A stretch of 61,712 nt of DNA, filler included, from Sphacelaria rigidula (lineage: Eukaryota): the NCBI GenBank assembly GCA_964200075.2. It is 7 parts of 7 records of this genome, joined end to end, with 100 filler letters (N's around TTAATTAATTAA, not from the genome) between each part and the next. Parts side by side here need not be neighbours in the genome. Positions count along the whole stretch, not along the records: positions 8,832 to 17,562 come from CAXNAA020010246.1; positions 17,663 to 26,392 come from CAXNAA020010247.1; 5 more parts are not named here. One strand, 5' to 3'. The notes under the pieces are model-generated. The model searched no databases. It had not been told where the DNA came from and saw nothing but the letters and a program-made list of their open reading frames with translations. This document shows, piece after piece, positions 11,881-23,425 of the stretch. How positions within the stretch are numbered: position 1 is the first letter of the stretch; each line of letters begins with the position of its first letter. The position numbers and the translations under genes are program-made.

Positions 11881-12505
11881 CCCCCCCTCAACGCAAGTAC
11901 AAGTCTTACTCCCTCACACTCCCCCTCAATGCAAATCCACATTAGTTACAACCACCCAACTCAATACATCCGTCCCGGCACTCAAGGACGAAATAATAAA
12001 GGGTCCCACAGCCAGACGGAAGTCAGACTTTGGATGTGTTGATCAACTTGACGAGATGACAGTGCCTGTGCCTGCTGAGGTACTTGGTTCCTATGTCGGC
12101 GAGTTAGTCTTCAGTCTTAACGTGACGAATGTCGATCCTTCCCTCCTTGACTAATTCCTGGATAAAGAAGTACCGTAGAGCTATGTGCTTGACTCTCGAG
12201 CTGGAGTTTCGGTTGCCTGCGACGTGGAGAGATGAAGTGTTGTCGATGTAGACGGGGACGTAGTCGAAGCGTGTGCCAACTCCCATCTCCAGCATCATGT
12301 TCGAGCTAAATATGGCCTCCTTCATGGTGAGTGCAGTGGCCACGAGTTCTGCTTCCATGGTCGATTGCGCCGTCAATCTTTGTAGTCCTACCTTAAAACT
12401 GATGAAGCCATTCGAGCGAAATAGAAGATATGCTGATGTTGATTTCCCGCTGTCGGGGTTGTTGCCCCAGTTTGCCTCTGAAAAAGCCGTCAATCGGAAA
12501 CCACC

Positions 12506-12735
12506 CTGGTTGTAGGTGATGTCATGGTCCGTAATGCCGGCCAAATATCGAAGTAAGTGTTTTGCAGCTGTCACATGCGCCTTCGACGGTTTGGACATCG
12601 CCCGTGCCAGTTGATTCACGCTGGTTGTAGGTGATATCATGGTCCGTAATGCCGGCCGAATATCGAAGTAAGTGTTTTGCAGCTGCCACATGCGCCTTCG
12701 ACGGTTTGGACATCGCCCGTGCCAGTTGATTCACG
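12506..12735. repeat. 115-bp tandem duplication that frameshifts the Copia RT/RNase H junction
   Basis: Units start at 12506 and 12621 (CTGGTTGTAGGTGAT...GATTCACG). Confidence 0.9.
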
Positions 12736-13207
12736 CCGTATCCAATGTCGTAGCGGGTCACTCGAGCGAGATACATCCCACTGCCTGTGATGGCCTGGAA
12801 GCGCTGTTTGTCTTCCTCGTGGAGTATTTTGTCCCTCGGCTGGTCCAGTGATGGTGCTTGTCCCGCCGCAGGAGTGCACGCCGGGTTGCAGCTCGCTATC
12901 TCGTATCGTTCCTGGAGAGACTTCTTGTAATTTGTGTGGCTGGTGTTGGCTATCTTGCTATTACGGTCACGAACAGCCTCCATTCCCAGCACTAACGATA
13001 CATCTCCCATGCCCGTCATAAAAAAACGTCCCATTAGTTTATATTTGATTTTCTCCAGCACCTTGTTGTCAGTCTGCCACTGCTCCAGGTGTACCCCCCA
13101 ACTATTACCGACATAATGTGAATGCGCTGAATTTTGCAGATCGGAATAACTGACGCAACCGATCCCGGGGACTTGTTTCCAGCCCAGCACACCGACTCGA
13201 ACGTTGT

Positions 13208-13359
13208 AGCAGCAGCGGCAGCAGCGGTAGCAGTAGTAGTAGTCGTAGCTGTTGTTGTTAATGATGATGATAATGATGTTGATGTTGATGTTGTTGTTGA
13301 TGGTGTTGTTGTCGTTGTCGTTGTCGTTGTCGTTGCCGTTGCCGTTATTGTCGTTGTCG

Positions 13360-13406
<47 letters not shown>
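13208..13406. repeat. Compound trinucleotide microsatellite (GCA/GTA/GAT/GTC/GTT)
   Basis: Directly visible. Flanked by ACGTTGT at 13201-13207 and 13407-13413. Confidence 0.95.
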
Positions 13407-16400
13407 ACGTTGTGGACGAACGCCTTGGCCTCAATGACTCGAGGATGTCTTTGATCTGGTTTTCTTCCCTGCAGCATCTTGTGCGGACATTGCATTTGTA
13501 GCGCGGAGTGCGGTGCCCTGTTTGCAAGGTGGGATGTCCTGAGCATTGATTCGCCCAAGGGAAAGATCGGTAAACCGCTGTAGGCAAGCATGCACCGGGC
13601 CATGGCTACAAGCGTCCTCCCTACGCGCTCTGACAGGCCAATTCATTGTGGTGCATTGGTGCTCGCAAACTCTAGCAATATGCCTGTCTGCCGGCAGTAC
13701 GTTCTGAAATCGTTGCCAATAAACTCACCCGCTTTGTCTGCCCTGAGTCGTTCGAGCCGAACGCCGCCGGTCCCACCCATGGTCATGACCAGTTGCAAGG
13801 TGCGTTGCACTTTGTTGTTGACTGTCTTCGGATGGACTAGTTAGTGGCTTTTCCCAACAGCACGAATATTCCAGTCTGGGACAGATCCACCGAAGTCCAC
13901 CCCGTTACTTTCGACGGTTTTGAGAAGGTTCAAACTGTTGCTGTTCAAGTGCCTTATCCGCCGATGCCACAGCGTTGCGGCGTCTGCAGCTTGCATAGCC
14001 AGTCCAGGCGCGTCGTTGCCGCTGCTTACTTCTAGAGAAAAAAAGTACAGGTCACTCTCCAGATCCTGCAGCGGAACGGTAAAGTTGTCTGTCTCCAGTC
14101 TTAGGTTGTTTATTTCGAAAACAGACACAACTACGTTGCGCGTCGCTTGCTTGACGGAGAACAGATTCCGTCCCAAGCCAGGGACGACCAAACACGAAAT
14201 CTGGACCAGGCGTTTGATCCCTTCGTCATCTTTGGTGTGTCCGTGGAGCAGTCCACTACCAACCCCTGCCAGTTGGTGCCCCCCTGCGATGGTGATCTTA
14301 CGCGGGATCGCCAGTTCCTGGTCGTTGTACAGTTTGTGGCGCAGCCCCGGGATGAGGGTATCGTCGAAGTAATGTCCCGACGCGCCACTGTCGACCATGA
14401 CACTGACAGAGCTGACAGGGCTATTGCTGCCCTCTTTCCACTTGCCGACAGCGGGTCCCGCCGCGAGAGCCGACCCATCATCAGCGTCGGTGATACCGGC
14501 AAATGTTTCAGCATTGTCGTCGGAGTGCGATGTGGCTCGGTGGTATAATGAGTTCCGAAATATCAACCAGAGGTAATGAACCACGGCTATTATGGCCAGC
14601 GCGCGGACTATTGGGGAAAGTTCCCCCTTGATTCACCCAAATATGTTGTGAGCCCTGCGCCGGAACTCCAGACCCCCGGCCTCCTCGGTCCCGTCCGTCC
14701 CTTCGAAGGCACCGAAACGTCCACTGCTGTCAAATGAAGCAACAGGTTTGTTTGTTGGAGCAAACGGCCAAAGGTTGTCCGCTTCCCGGGGATCTTGTGT
14801 TCTGGGCGCTTGTAAGGCATTGCAGGAAATGGCCGGGGTCTGCTCCCTTGCATCGGTGACTGGTGGGTAACCTGACCATTGCGCGAGATTTTGCTGCCTG
14901 CTGATTGTTTGCTGCCTCCTGGTTGCGCCGTTGCAAGAAACGGCACTCTTCGTCGCTGTGGGTTGTTGACATGTGGAAGAAGCACCACTTGCCTTCTGTT
15001 CCCTTGTTGTCTCCCCCTGTCAGTGCTTGGGCCGCGTTTCGAGCAGGGCAATTTCTTTTAACGTGGCCTCGCTTTCCGCAGATGAAACATGTTATGTGGT
15101 TTCTTCTACTACCACCACTTCCACTGACCTGCATGGCAACCCCGCGGCCTGCGACCAAGTTGATGGCATCTGGATGAGAGAGATAATCGGTATACATGGT
15201 GCTGACCATGTATCGGAGATCCGCCAAATTAAAATCACGCCTCTCGCAGCTAGCAACACGAACCCTTTCGTACTCGGCAGGCAGGACTCGGAGGATAATG
15301 TCCTCGTACCGCTCATCGGGCATACCTTGTCCCATTTCATCTAGGCGATCACAGTAGCCGTCCATGACAAACAGGAAGTCTTCCGGATCATCTCCGGACT
15401 GCATCGTTGTGCTGTGGAGTTTGTCGTGGAACTCTCTTCGTGCCTCTTTGCTGTTGCCGTCAAATTTGTTGTGCAGCGCTGCCCACGCTGCTTGTCCATT
15501 CCCAATCCCATCCTGTGGGGTTTTCCCCACATGGCATCCAATTTTTGCTGATTTTTCCGTGCTAAAAAACAGAATACTAAACAGACCATCGCTTGCACGA
15601 TCCCACGCCACAAAATTTGTCGTATCACAGGGTGGTTAGCCATCATTGATTACGGTGGGCCTGGGTCTTTGCCGCCCCTGCAGGGTTTCTGCTGCCGCAC
15701 TGTGGTGAAGGGACAGGATCACCCGGAGTTTATCTTTGAATTCCCGGAAACTCGCTTCGTCTCGGCCATCAAACTTTGGACAGGTTTCAGAACCCTGGAA
15801 TACCCTCAATGCCCGCCATATGAATCCTGTTCGTTGCTGTGCTCCAACGTCACGAGTAAATATAAAGGGTGTTCAAGTATAGGTCCCCCACCACACAATC
15901 GGCTTGCTCACCGCCGCTTGAGTTGTCGGTAGCGCAAAAACAAATGTGTGCAGACGAGCAACAATCGGAAAGGTCCCCCACCGCCGCAGCGTCCTCCGGA
16001 GTTGCCGCTTGACGTTGATATCTGGGCACTTCTGGCTGGACAGGATATTGATGTACAGGATGTTGTCTTTGGCGCAGCGGCTGTGCACTTCAAAAATAGA
16101 CGCTTACATTTTTACCCCCAACAGAATCCGACTACTGACTGTTTCCCCAGGTCAGCCGTGATGTAGGGCGCGCTGTTGTCGATTCACCCTCCCAACGTAA
16201 ATCACACACTCTACTCGGTTCGGGTTGTGGTCTCCTGCTGTAGCGCCAGACGAGAACAGATGCGTGCTGTCGTTGTTGCAGGGTTACTACCGTACCGTAT
16301 TCTACGATTGTCCCGCTTTTTCAAAATCACGTATATTATCAGGTGCGCACAGAAACGTGCCGTCCTCACTTCGTGACACACTGTCGCAGTGCCAGTGCCA

Positions 16401-16536
16401 GATCCACACAGGTGTAGTGCCATCTTTACTTTGACTCAACTCACGTTGTTCTCCAGCAAAGATCCTTCCTTTTTGCTGGTGTCTTCCTCATTCCAAAGTT
16501 CGCTCCGTACACGCCAGCGACGAGGCTCAATGAACC

Positions 16537-16858
16537 TGTTAGAAAAGTGTCGCTATGACCCCTTTGACGTGATCTCTAGAGTTGGCGCAATGGCACTTAA
16601 GCCAAGCAAGCAGACAAGCTGCTTTGGAGTGTAGACAGAAGATGATGTTCAAGGTGCCTCTTGCGGGCAAGACAGTCCAAACAACCCGTCGTGTTGAACG
16701 GTCAACCGAGGAGAGTGGGAGCAACCCGACTATCTGCTACCCTCCATATCGGACCAACTATCGTGAGCAGTATCGGCGATCGACCTACTGCCCCCATACA
16801 AATACAATACCATACGAAGCGTTGGCGAGAGTAAGCCCCATAGTCTTAGTTTCCACCA
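16537..16858 (-). repeat. Copia 5' LTR, followed on the minus strand by a putative PBS GGTTCATTGAGCC (16524-16536)
   Basis: 322 bp, with 12 differences from the other LTR by manual comparison. Confidence 0.93.
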
Positions 16859-16863
16859 GTGAC

Positions 16864-17510
16864 ACGAAGCCGTGATGTCGGAATCAATTGTGAGCCTACC
16901 AGGTGGTGTATTCTCAGGCGGAACGTTAACGTCTACTATTGCGTCGATAAGCGTGGTGGGTGTTGTGGTTTTGTTGTTCACATCATCACCAAGGGGGGAG
17001 GGCACAGCCGTGGTTTCGGCTATGGCGTGCAAGGGAGGCATGGTCGGGGCCGATTTTCTGCGGGCCTTGCGTCGTGGACGTTGAGGAGGCGTAAGGAAAG
17101 TATCGGGGACCAGGGTGGGGGCAGGGAGGGGGAGGTCAGGACCAGGTACGGCTAATTCGTTGGCCGTGTCGGCGGTCCGCCCTCCACGAGTCCTACTCGA
17201 AATCAAATCTCGAACTCGGACTGATAAGGCGGAGTCAGTAAACGACGGTTCTATACCTGCTGCGAAAACCATGCGTTGGCCAGTTGCACGAAAATGATTA
17301 TAGCCAACAGTATTCGTAGGCAGTCCATTCCAAACTGAGTACAACGATTAAGGTTGCAAACTACCCAGCACAGATGCGTGGGCTGTGGTCGTCAGCCCAC
17401 CGATGCCTAAAACCGGCGTATTTCTCAGTGAAAGTGGTGTGTAGATACCTCTATGTCCATTCGTGCTAATAAAGTATACGATGTCTTTGATGGGATCGGT
17501 GATACGTCCC
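16864..17510 (-). mobile_element. Upstream continuation of the Gypsy pol that was split by the Copia insertion
   Basis: Lies on the far side of the GTGAC TSD and carries a same-strand open frame (part of ORF 16730-17344). Confidence 0.65.
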
Positions 17511-17512
17511 AT

Positions 17513-17562
17513 GGGGTGTACTCATGATCATGCCTGCCATAGTCATCAGACCATTGACCTCG
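17513..17562 (-). mobile_element. C-tailed LINE 3' end, subfamily 2, cut by the contig end
   Basis: GGGGTGTACTCATGATCATGC... matches 39042-39100. Confidence 0.75.
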
Positions 17563-17662
17563 NNNNNNNNNNNNNNNNNNNNNNNNNNNNNNNNNNNNNN
17601 NNNNNNTTAATTAATTAANNNNNNNNNNNNNNNNNNNNNNNNNNNNNNNNNNNNNNNNNNNN
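17563..17662. other. Artificial contig linker
   Basis: N-run, TTAATTAATTAA, N-run. Confidence 0.98.
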
Positions 17663-17674
17663 TTTCACTTTTTT

Positions 17675-17759
17675 GGGGGGAGGGGAGGGGGGGCGTACTC
17701 ATTTGTTGCTTGCTTTAGTCGTTCGACCATTGACCACGCATCCCTTTCGAGACGGAGCA
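17675..17759 (-). mobile_element. C-tailed LINE 3' fragment inserted in the G-run of a MITE family G TIR
   Basis: G-run, then CGTACTC...GACGGAGCA, then a second G-run, then ATCGTAGAAAGTGTC (ends 17796). Confidence 0.85.
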
Positions 17760-18159
17760 TGTTGGGGGGGGAGGGGGGGACATCGTAGAAAGTGTCGTTG
17801 GTGTAATTTCGTGGACGATGATGCGCATGCGCATGTGTTACATATATCGACGCCGAATGATCCGCTTTTCCTCTGAGGATTCGGAGCTCTGGTAAAGAAA
17901 TATCATATTTTGGAACATGTAATGACTTTTCCAGGTCTTGCCAAGGTACCCCTCCTTACTTTCCCCAAGTCAAGCACGCTGTCTCGACCTTGCTGAGAGA
18001 GAGACAACAACAAAAATGGAAATCAGAACCCAACAAAATACCATATTTTCCAGCCAGCATACACTAAACAAAAGTCACACACCAAAGAAGAAGTCTCACA
18101 CTAAAGAAAAAAACGGACCTACCAAGTAGAGAAGGTCAGCCTTGCGTCCCCTCTGATCT

Positions 18160-18896
18160 CGAACTCACTACCTGATCTTGACTTTATTTCTCGTCCTCCT
18201 GCATCACTCGCGTCGCTTTCTCTAAACGCACCTTTGTCCCCCGTTCCCACGTGTTGGTAATACCCACCGATATGCCATGCGTCTTCCTCCTTGCCCTCTC
18301 CACTTTGTACCGCATCTATCCCATCTCGGATACCTTCGCCGTCCCGATATGCTTCCACACCAACATGCTGGCACATCGGTGTCATCTGTGTCCGTCTTTC
18401 CGCCATCGCCGTTTTATTATTTACCTTCTGCATTAACCCTTGCATTCCCAGATTCAAACACGTTTCCTCCTGATTCTGCATCTGTCTGCTCAAGCCGAAC
18501 ACGTCTTACTCTTCTACCGCGCTTCCTGCGTCTCCTCCCACGCCTCATCAACCTCCTCCGAGGTCTCTGTCGCCTCCTCTCGCGTCCCCTCTTCCCAAAC
18601 CTTCACCCCTTCCTTACTGCCATACGATTCAGTTTTCTGCTTGAACCGTATGCGTCCGCCACTCGATCACTGTAGAAATGTTTGTTTCTTTTTAGTATTG
18701 TGCTTGTTTTGCTCGTTTCTGCTTTCGATCTATACTCCGTTCTGCATTTTTTTTTTTTTGCCTTTTTGCCTCATCTTTAATCAGCCAGCATTTCCGTTTT
18801 GTCAACCTTGGGCACGTCTACCTTATGGATAATGACCGCACCTGACTGAGTCCCTCGGGGATCAGTTAATGTGCGAACATAAGACAATAAAATAAT
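18160..18896 (+). mobile_element. Probable LINE 3' fragment with T-rich 3' UTR and short AAT-rich tail
   Basis: The 3' end TTGGGCACGTCTAC...GATCAGTTAATGTGCGA resembles 36500-36560. The upstream sequence is decayed and coding-like. Confidence 0.5.
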
Positions 18897-19099
18897 TGTT
18901 TTGGGTAGCGCGACCTTCCGTGCCTGCACCGCGTCTTTCCATACCTACTTCTATTCTTTGCGCCATCTTCCACACCTGCATCACCACCGTATCCCACGTC
19001 TCCTCCTCCTCCTCCTCCTTTTCCTCCTCCTTCTCTACTGCGAGAAAGGGGGTCGTGTCTTCGTTTGTTGGATCTTCTGCCCCGCAAATCATGCTCATG

Positions 19100-19860
19100 T
19101 GCACAGATAAAACTAGGCCTATCGACCTCCCCATGTCTCTTGTTTTTTGGTTTGCTGAATAGTGGGGAACTGCGCTCTTTTTGCCAGGCTTATGGATTTG
19201 AACGGCTCGCTGCGCTCTTGTCGCTACACGATAAAAACAACAAGTCGAACGATATCAGGTCTGAGCCATGGGACTCTGACTCATTCGTCGATGACCCGTA
19301 CAGCAGTGAGATTTGCTTGAAAACCTCTAGCTACCTCACCGTACCCTGCCAGGACGTTGATTTCGTTGTAGTCGCTCGTCGTCAGTCAGTCCGCCGTCCC
19401 TGATTTTCCCCGAGTTCCCATCCAGATGATTGAATTGAGTAATCCCCTAGTTCCGAAATGAACCATCAGTGCGAACTACTGAATACACGCGCAATTTCCT
19501 CCCCGAAAGTTCGTAGCAGGCGGTATGGTCCAGCCCAAATATTCCTTGTTCCTCTTGGACACTCAGCTCTCTTTTGCACAGCAGTGATCTAGTAGCACGA
19601 ATGGTCGCTTGCGGCATCGAAACTTACTTACGTGGCTAGCAGATTTTTTGTTTCCTTTTCCTTTTTCTTCATCTTCTTTTTCATTTTTTTCTTTTTTTCT
19701 CTTGTATCGCGTATGTGTGAGTTTTTCTGGTTCCGATGTTATTCTTGACTTTATTTTACCCTATATTGGGGTAGTTAGCCTGTGACCACGGAAGGCGTCC
19801 GCATCAGATGCCCAGTACACGGTACTGCGCAAATATCGGAACGGTTTTAAATGTGAAGGC

Positions 19861-19892
<32 letters not shown>

Positions 19893-19910
19893 AAACGACA
19901 ACAACAACAA
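19100..19910 (+). mobile_element. Probable retroposon 3' fragment ending in (AAC)n
   Basis: The last ~60 nt before the tail match the reverse complement of 42172-42240. The 5' boundary is approximate. Confidence 0.55.
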
Positions 19911-20979
19911 GTGAGGTCACTTTTCTAGCTTTTGTCCAATCACACTCACCAGAATACATATCTTGATCCTAGCTGGATGCGAGACTCTTAGGATCGCGTC
20001 AATCTGGCCTATCTGTGCCTTACTTTTTTTTACAGATAAGCCATCTATGCGTGCATCCCAAGCACGGTTCTTCGTGATCTCTACGACAAGGTATGTATGC
20101 TGGTCTACGATCGGCAATTCATCTTCTCCCCACTTCTATTTCAACGGTATCGGGTATTCCTTTCCTTCGTCACATACACTTAACACGCATTTGTTCACGT
20201 TCGTTGTCACTCTCCATTTCCTAGTGTAATTTTGCGTCTTTTCTATTGTTTCTGCGATCCTTCCAGTGTTTCTGATATCCCCACGAAATCCGCTACGAAC
20301 ATTAATCGTTGCCGTATCTTCGGTTACTTGACTCCTTGCTTTGCTGCTCCTGCTGCTACTACCAGCTATTAATCAATACCTTGAATGAGGTGGGTGTTAA
20401 CGTACATCCTTGTGCAACTCCGTGCAAGATATCCGATATTTCCCCAGCTGGCATCACAACACTTTTTTCGCATTCCTTCATTTTTTTCACCACTCTCCAC
20501 ATTTTCCTCTGATCTTGGCTTCCCACATTTTTTCCCACAGCCCATCCCTCCATACTGTGTCATAGGCCTTCTATAGGCCGAGAAAAAATGGCCTGTTGTT
20601 AGCCCCGCGTGTTTCCTACCTTGCAAAATCTTAACTAATGTGTACGCATGGTCCACGCAGCTACGGTGTACGTAGTCTGAACACTGTTTGCCCCGCGCTG
20701 GTTTTCTTCCTCCTCCAGTATTGTTCTCACTTCATCGTTCAAAATCTTACGGGATGTTTTCCCTACGGCGCTAAGAAATAAATGTTATCCCTCTATCATT
20801 GGCCGGGTAAGCCTCGTCTCCTTTCTTTAAAATGTTTACTACTACTCCTTCTCTCTACTTCTTGGGTATGCACTCGTTTGTCCAGATCCAATCATACAAC
20901 AAAATCGTTATGGGGATCATTCCCTCTCCCCCGCACCTCATAATTTCATTCACTATTTGGTCTGCCCGTGCTGCCGTTC

Positions 20980-22872
20980 CATTGCTAATATCAGGCCATT
21001 GATTAAAATCTGACAGCAATACAAGCAGCAAACCAGGAGTCAAGATGAGGGAAGATACGGTATCGAGATTGATGTTTGCAGATCACGTCGTGGGGTTGTC
21101 AGAAGCAATAGAAGGATTTCACGAGCAAGTAGAGAAGGCGCTAGAATACGCCAGGGAGTGGAGCGTGACAGCTAATGTAAACAACTGTTCGGTACTTGTA
21201 GCCACGAAGATAAGGAAAACCCGGTATAGTTTAGATGGAAATGGGGAGGAGGGGAACTACCGATCGTAGACCAGAGTACATCCCTTGGCGTAGGGATATC
21301 GAAAAGGTGTTTTTGGGATGCACACAACTATGAAATAATTGAAAAGAAAAAGATCCAGATAGGCAGGATCGACGTGATCCTACGAGATTCACACCTAGAT
21401 ACTAGGATTGAGAGATATATTCTGATGAGTGTGACTGTATCAAAGCTGGAATATGCAAAAGAAGTATGGGAGGGGAACGCGAAGTTGGTGAAAAAGCTGG
21501 AAACAGTTCAGATGGCAGCAGCTAGAACAATAATTGGATGCTCAAAAGCGACGAGTGATAACAGCCGATCATCGAAATTGAGGATGGAGCTTTTCATTGA
21601 GTATGAGAACCCGGAAGGTTAAAATCTTCGCACCCACACGAAATCTTCGGAATATGCTTCCATTCTTCCACCTACTAGTAGCTATTGACAAGTACTACGT
21701 CATACAAATTGTGACTTCGATAACCGAAATGTTAGGGTCCTAGGTGAAAAACCAATTTCGGAGAATTTCGGCGATCCGGTCGGATCGCCTATATTCCCCA
21801 ATATTTTTCTTCATCTAGGACCCCAACATTTCGGTTGTCGAAATCCAATTTTGTATGACGTGTAGTACTTGTCAATAGCTACCAGTAGGGGAAGGAATGG
21901 AACCATATTCCGAATATTTGGTGAGGATACGAAGATTTTGATTCTCCGGGTTCTCACCTTCAATGAAAAGCTTCATCCTCAATTTCGATGATATGCTGTT
22001 TAATACAGTATTGAGGCCAAAGTTGAGATTGTACCCACTTGAAACAATAGAGACATGAGAAAACTGAAATTTCAATATAGCGCAAGGAGCATGCCTAGAA
22101 AGAGAGCGCCAGGCACAGTTGATAGGGCTGCATGGAAGAAAGTGACGAAATAGTACACTGGAATAAGCTGGGATAGCGTAGTCGAGAAAGTGTGCAACGT
22201 AATAGGAGAAAACAAAGACGAGATAAAGTCGGTAGGTGAGTGTAGCGGATAAAATATGAAAGTAAGTTTCATTATAGATATAATAAGGGGGAAAGAAGTC
22301 ACGACACAGAAATCAGGTAAGGAAAAACACCTAAAGATATACGGGGGGTTTCAAGAGGAGATAGTGATGAAAACATATCTGCATGGCCAAATGGGCTCGG
22401 TGAAAAATTGAAACTGTGTTTTCGGGTGGGAGACCTGGATCTTCCAGAAAGAAGGAAAAGGTGCACCAGTAGTCTAGTGTCGGTGGAAATAGATGCACAA
22501 AATTGCCCCTGTGGCAAATAGAGGGTATAACTCATACAGTAGCAGATTGTGAACTAAACAAGGAGGAACGGGACGCGCTGGAGAGGGAAATGTGGAAAGT
22601 AAACGGAGGTGGCATGATCTCGTTTGATACATTAGACAGTAGGGAGAAAACGACCGCTATACTATGAGGTAGATGGTAGTCACAGATGGCGAATCAGAAA
22701 GGAGATAAGATATGTTAAAGTTTTTCGTGTAAGATCCATCCAAATGTTGGAGGCGTCTCCATCAGGAGTAGGAACGGTGCTCCGTCTCGCAAGGGGTGCG
22801 TGTTCAATGGTGAAACGACTAAGGCAATCAACAAAGGAGCACGCCCTCTCCCCCCCCCCCCGCCGCCGCCCC
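20980..22872 (+). mobile_element. 5'-truncated LINE copy with C-rich tail and 15-bp TSD
   Basis: RT C-half (LMFADHVVG, KLEYAKEVW), tail CCCTCTCCCCCCCCCCCCGCCGCCGCCCC. TSD CCCGTGCTGCCGTTC (20965-20979) / CCCCTGCTGCCTTTC (22873-22887). Confidence 0.9.
21560..22000. mobile_element. 441-bp foldback MITE inserted in the LINE
   Basis: Palindromic along its whole length, centre GCGATCCGGTCGGATCGC. Flanks TGAT/TAAT fit a 4-bp TSD. Confidence 0.9.
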
Positions 22873-23411
22873 CCCCTGCTGCCTTTCTGTTCTTGAGTTT
22901 AGCTACAAATCCATTCATTTCCTCTCTTCTGATCTCTCTCTGCAAGTATTTTGAATCACTATCTACCATTCTTGATGCCTCTACATTTGCCTCTGCCTAC
23001 GCGTCAGTTTCTCTCTCGAATTCCGCGTTGAACCTTCCGTTAGTTGTTGGTGTTCCTAGTTTCGGTAGTACTATACTGGTTCTTTTCCCTCCCCCTTCGA
23101 ACTACGAACCACATGACAGTTCTGTGCTCTTCGTGTGGCTATTCCCTTTTCTTCCTATCCGGCCTGTTCGCCCAGTATCCCTTTTATCCCTACCCACATT
23201 TGCTTCATCCTGCCATCAAAGCCTTCGTTTTATTTATTCACGATCTCTTTCCATATTCTATTTGCTTCTTTACCATCTTGTTACCTATTTTCTATCTTTG
23301 GCATACCTCTCCCACGCTGCCGTAGTCGTACTCGATATATATCTTGCGTGGGCCTTCCTCCTTACTCTTGTAGCCTCTTTCACTCCTTCATCCCTCCCCT
23401 TTACTGTCTGT

Positions 23412-23425
23412 AAGTACGCCCCCCC
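23412..23425 (+). mobile_element. 14-nt ultra-truncated insertion of the C-tailed LINE
   Basis: AAGTACGCCCCCCC lies between perfect 16-bp repeats CCCCTTTACTGTCTGT (23396-23411 and 23426-23441). Confidence 0.85.

Larger units (their letters stand above)
11559..16858 (-). mobile_element. Ty1/Copia LTR retrotransposon, both LTRs present, internally decayed
   Basis: Two 322-bp LTRs and a 5-bp TSD GTGAC. Gag with CCHC knuckle (14730-15611), protease DSGAS and GAG-pre-integrase WHRR (13841-14584), integrase (about 13410-13830), RT C-half and RNase H (QSTMEAE, KHIALRYFF; 12104-13070). Copia domain order. Confidence 0.96.

Noticed and set aside
13034-13603. Thr-rich or Val-rich proteins (also 41849-42425)
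   Set aside because: These are translations of microsatellites.
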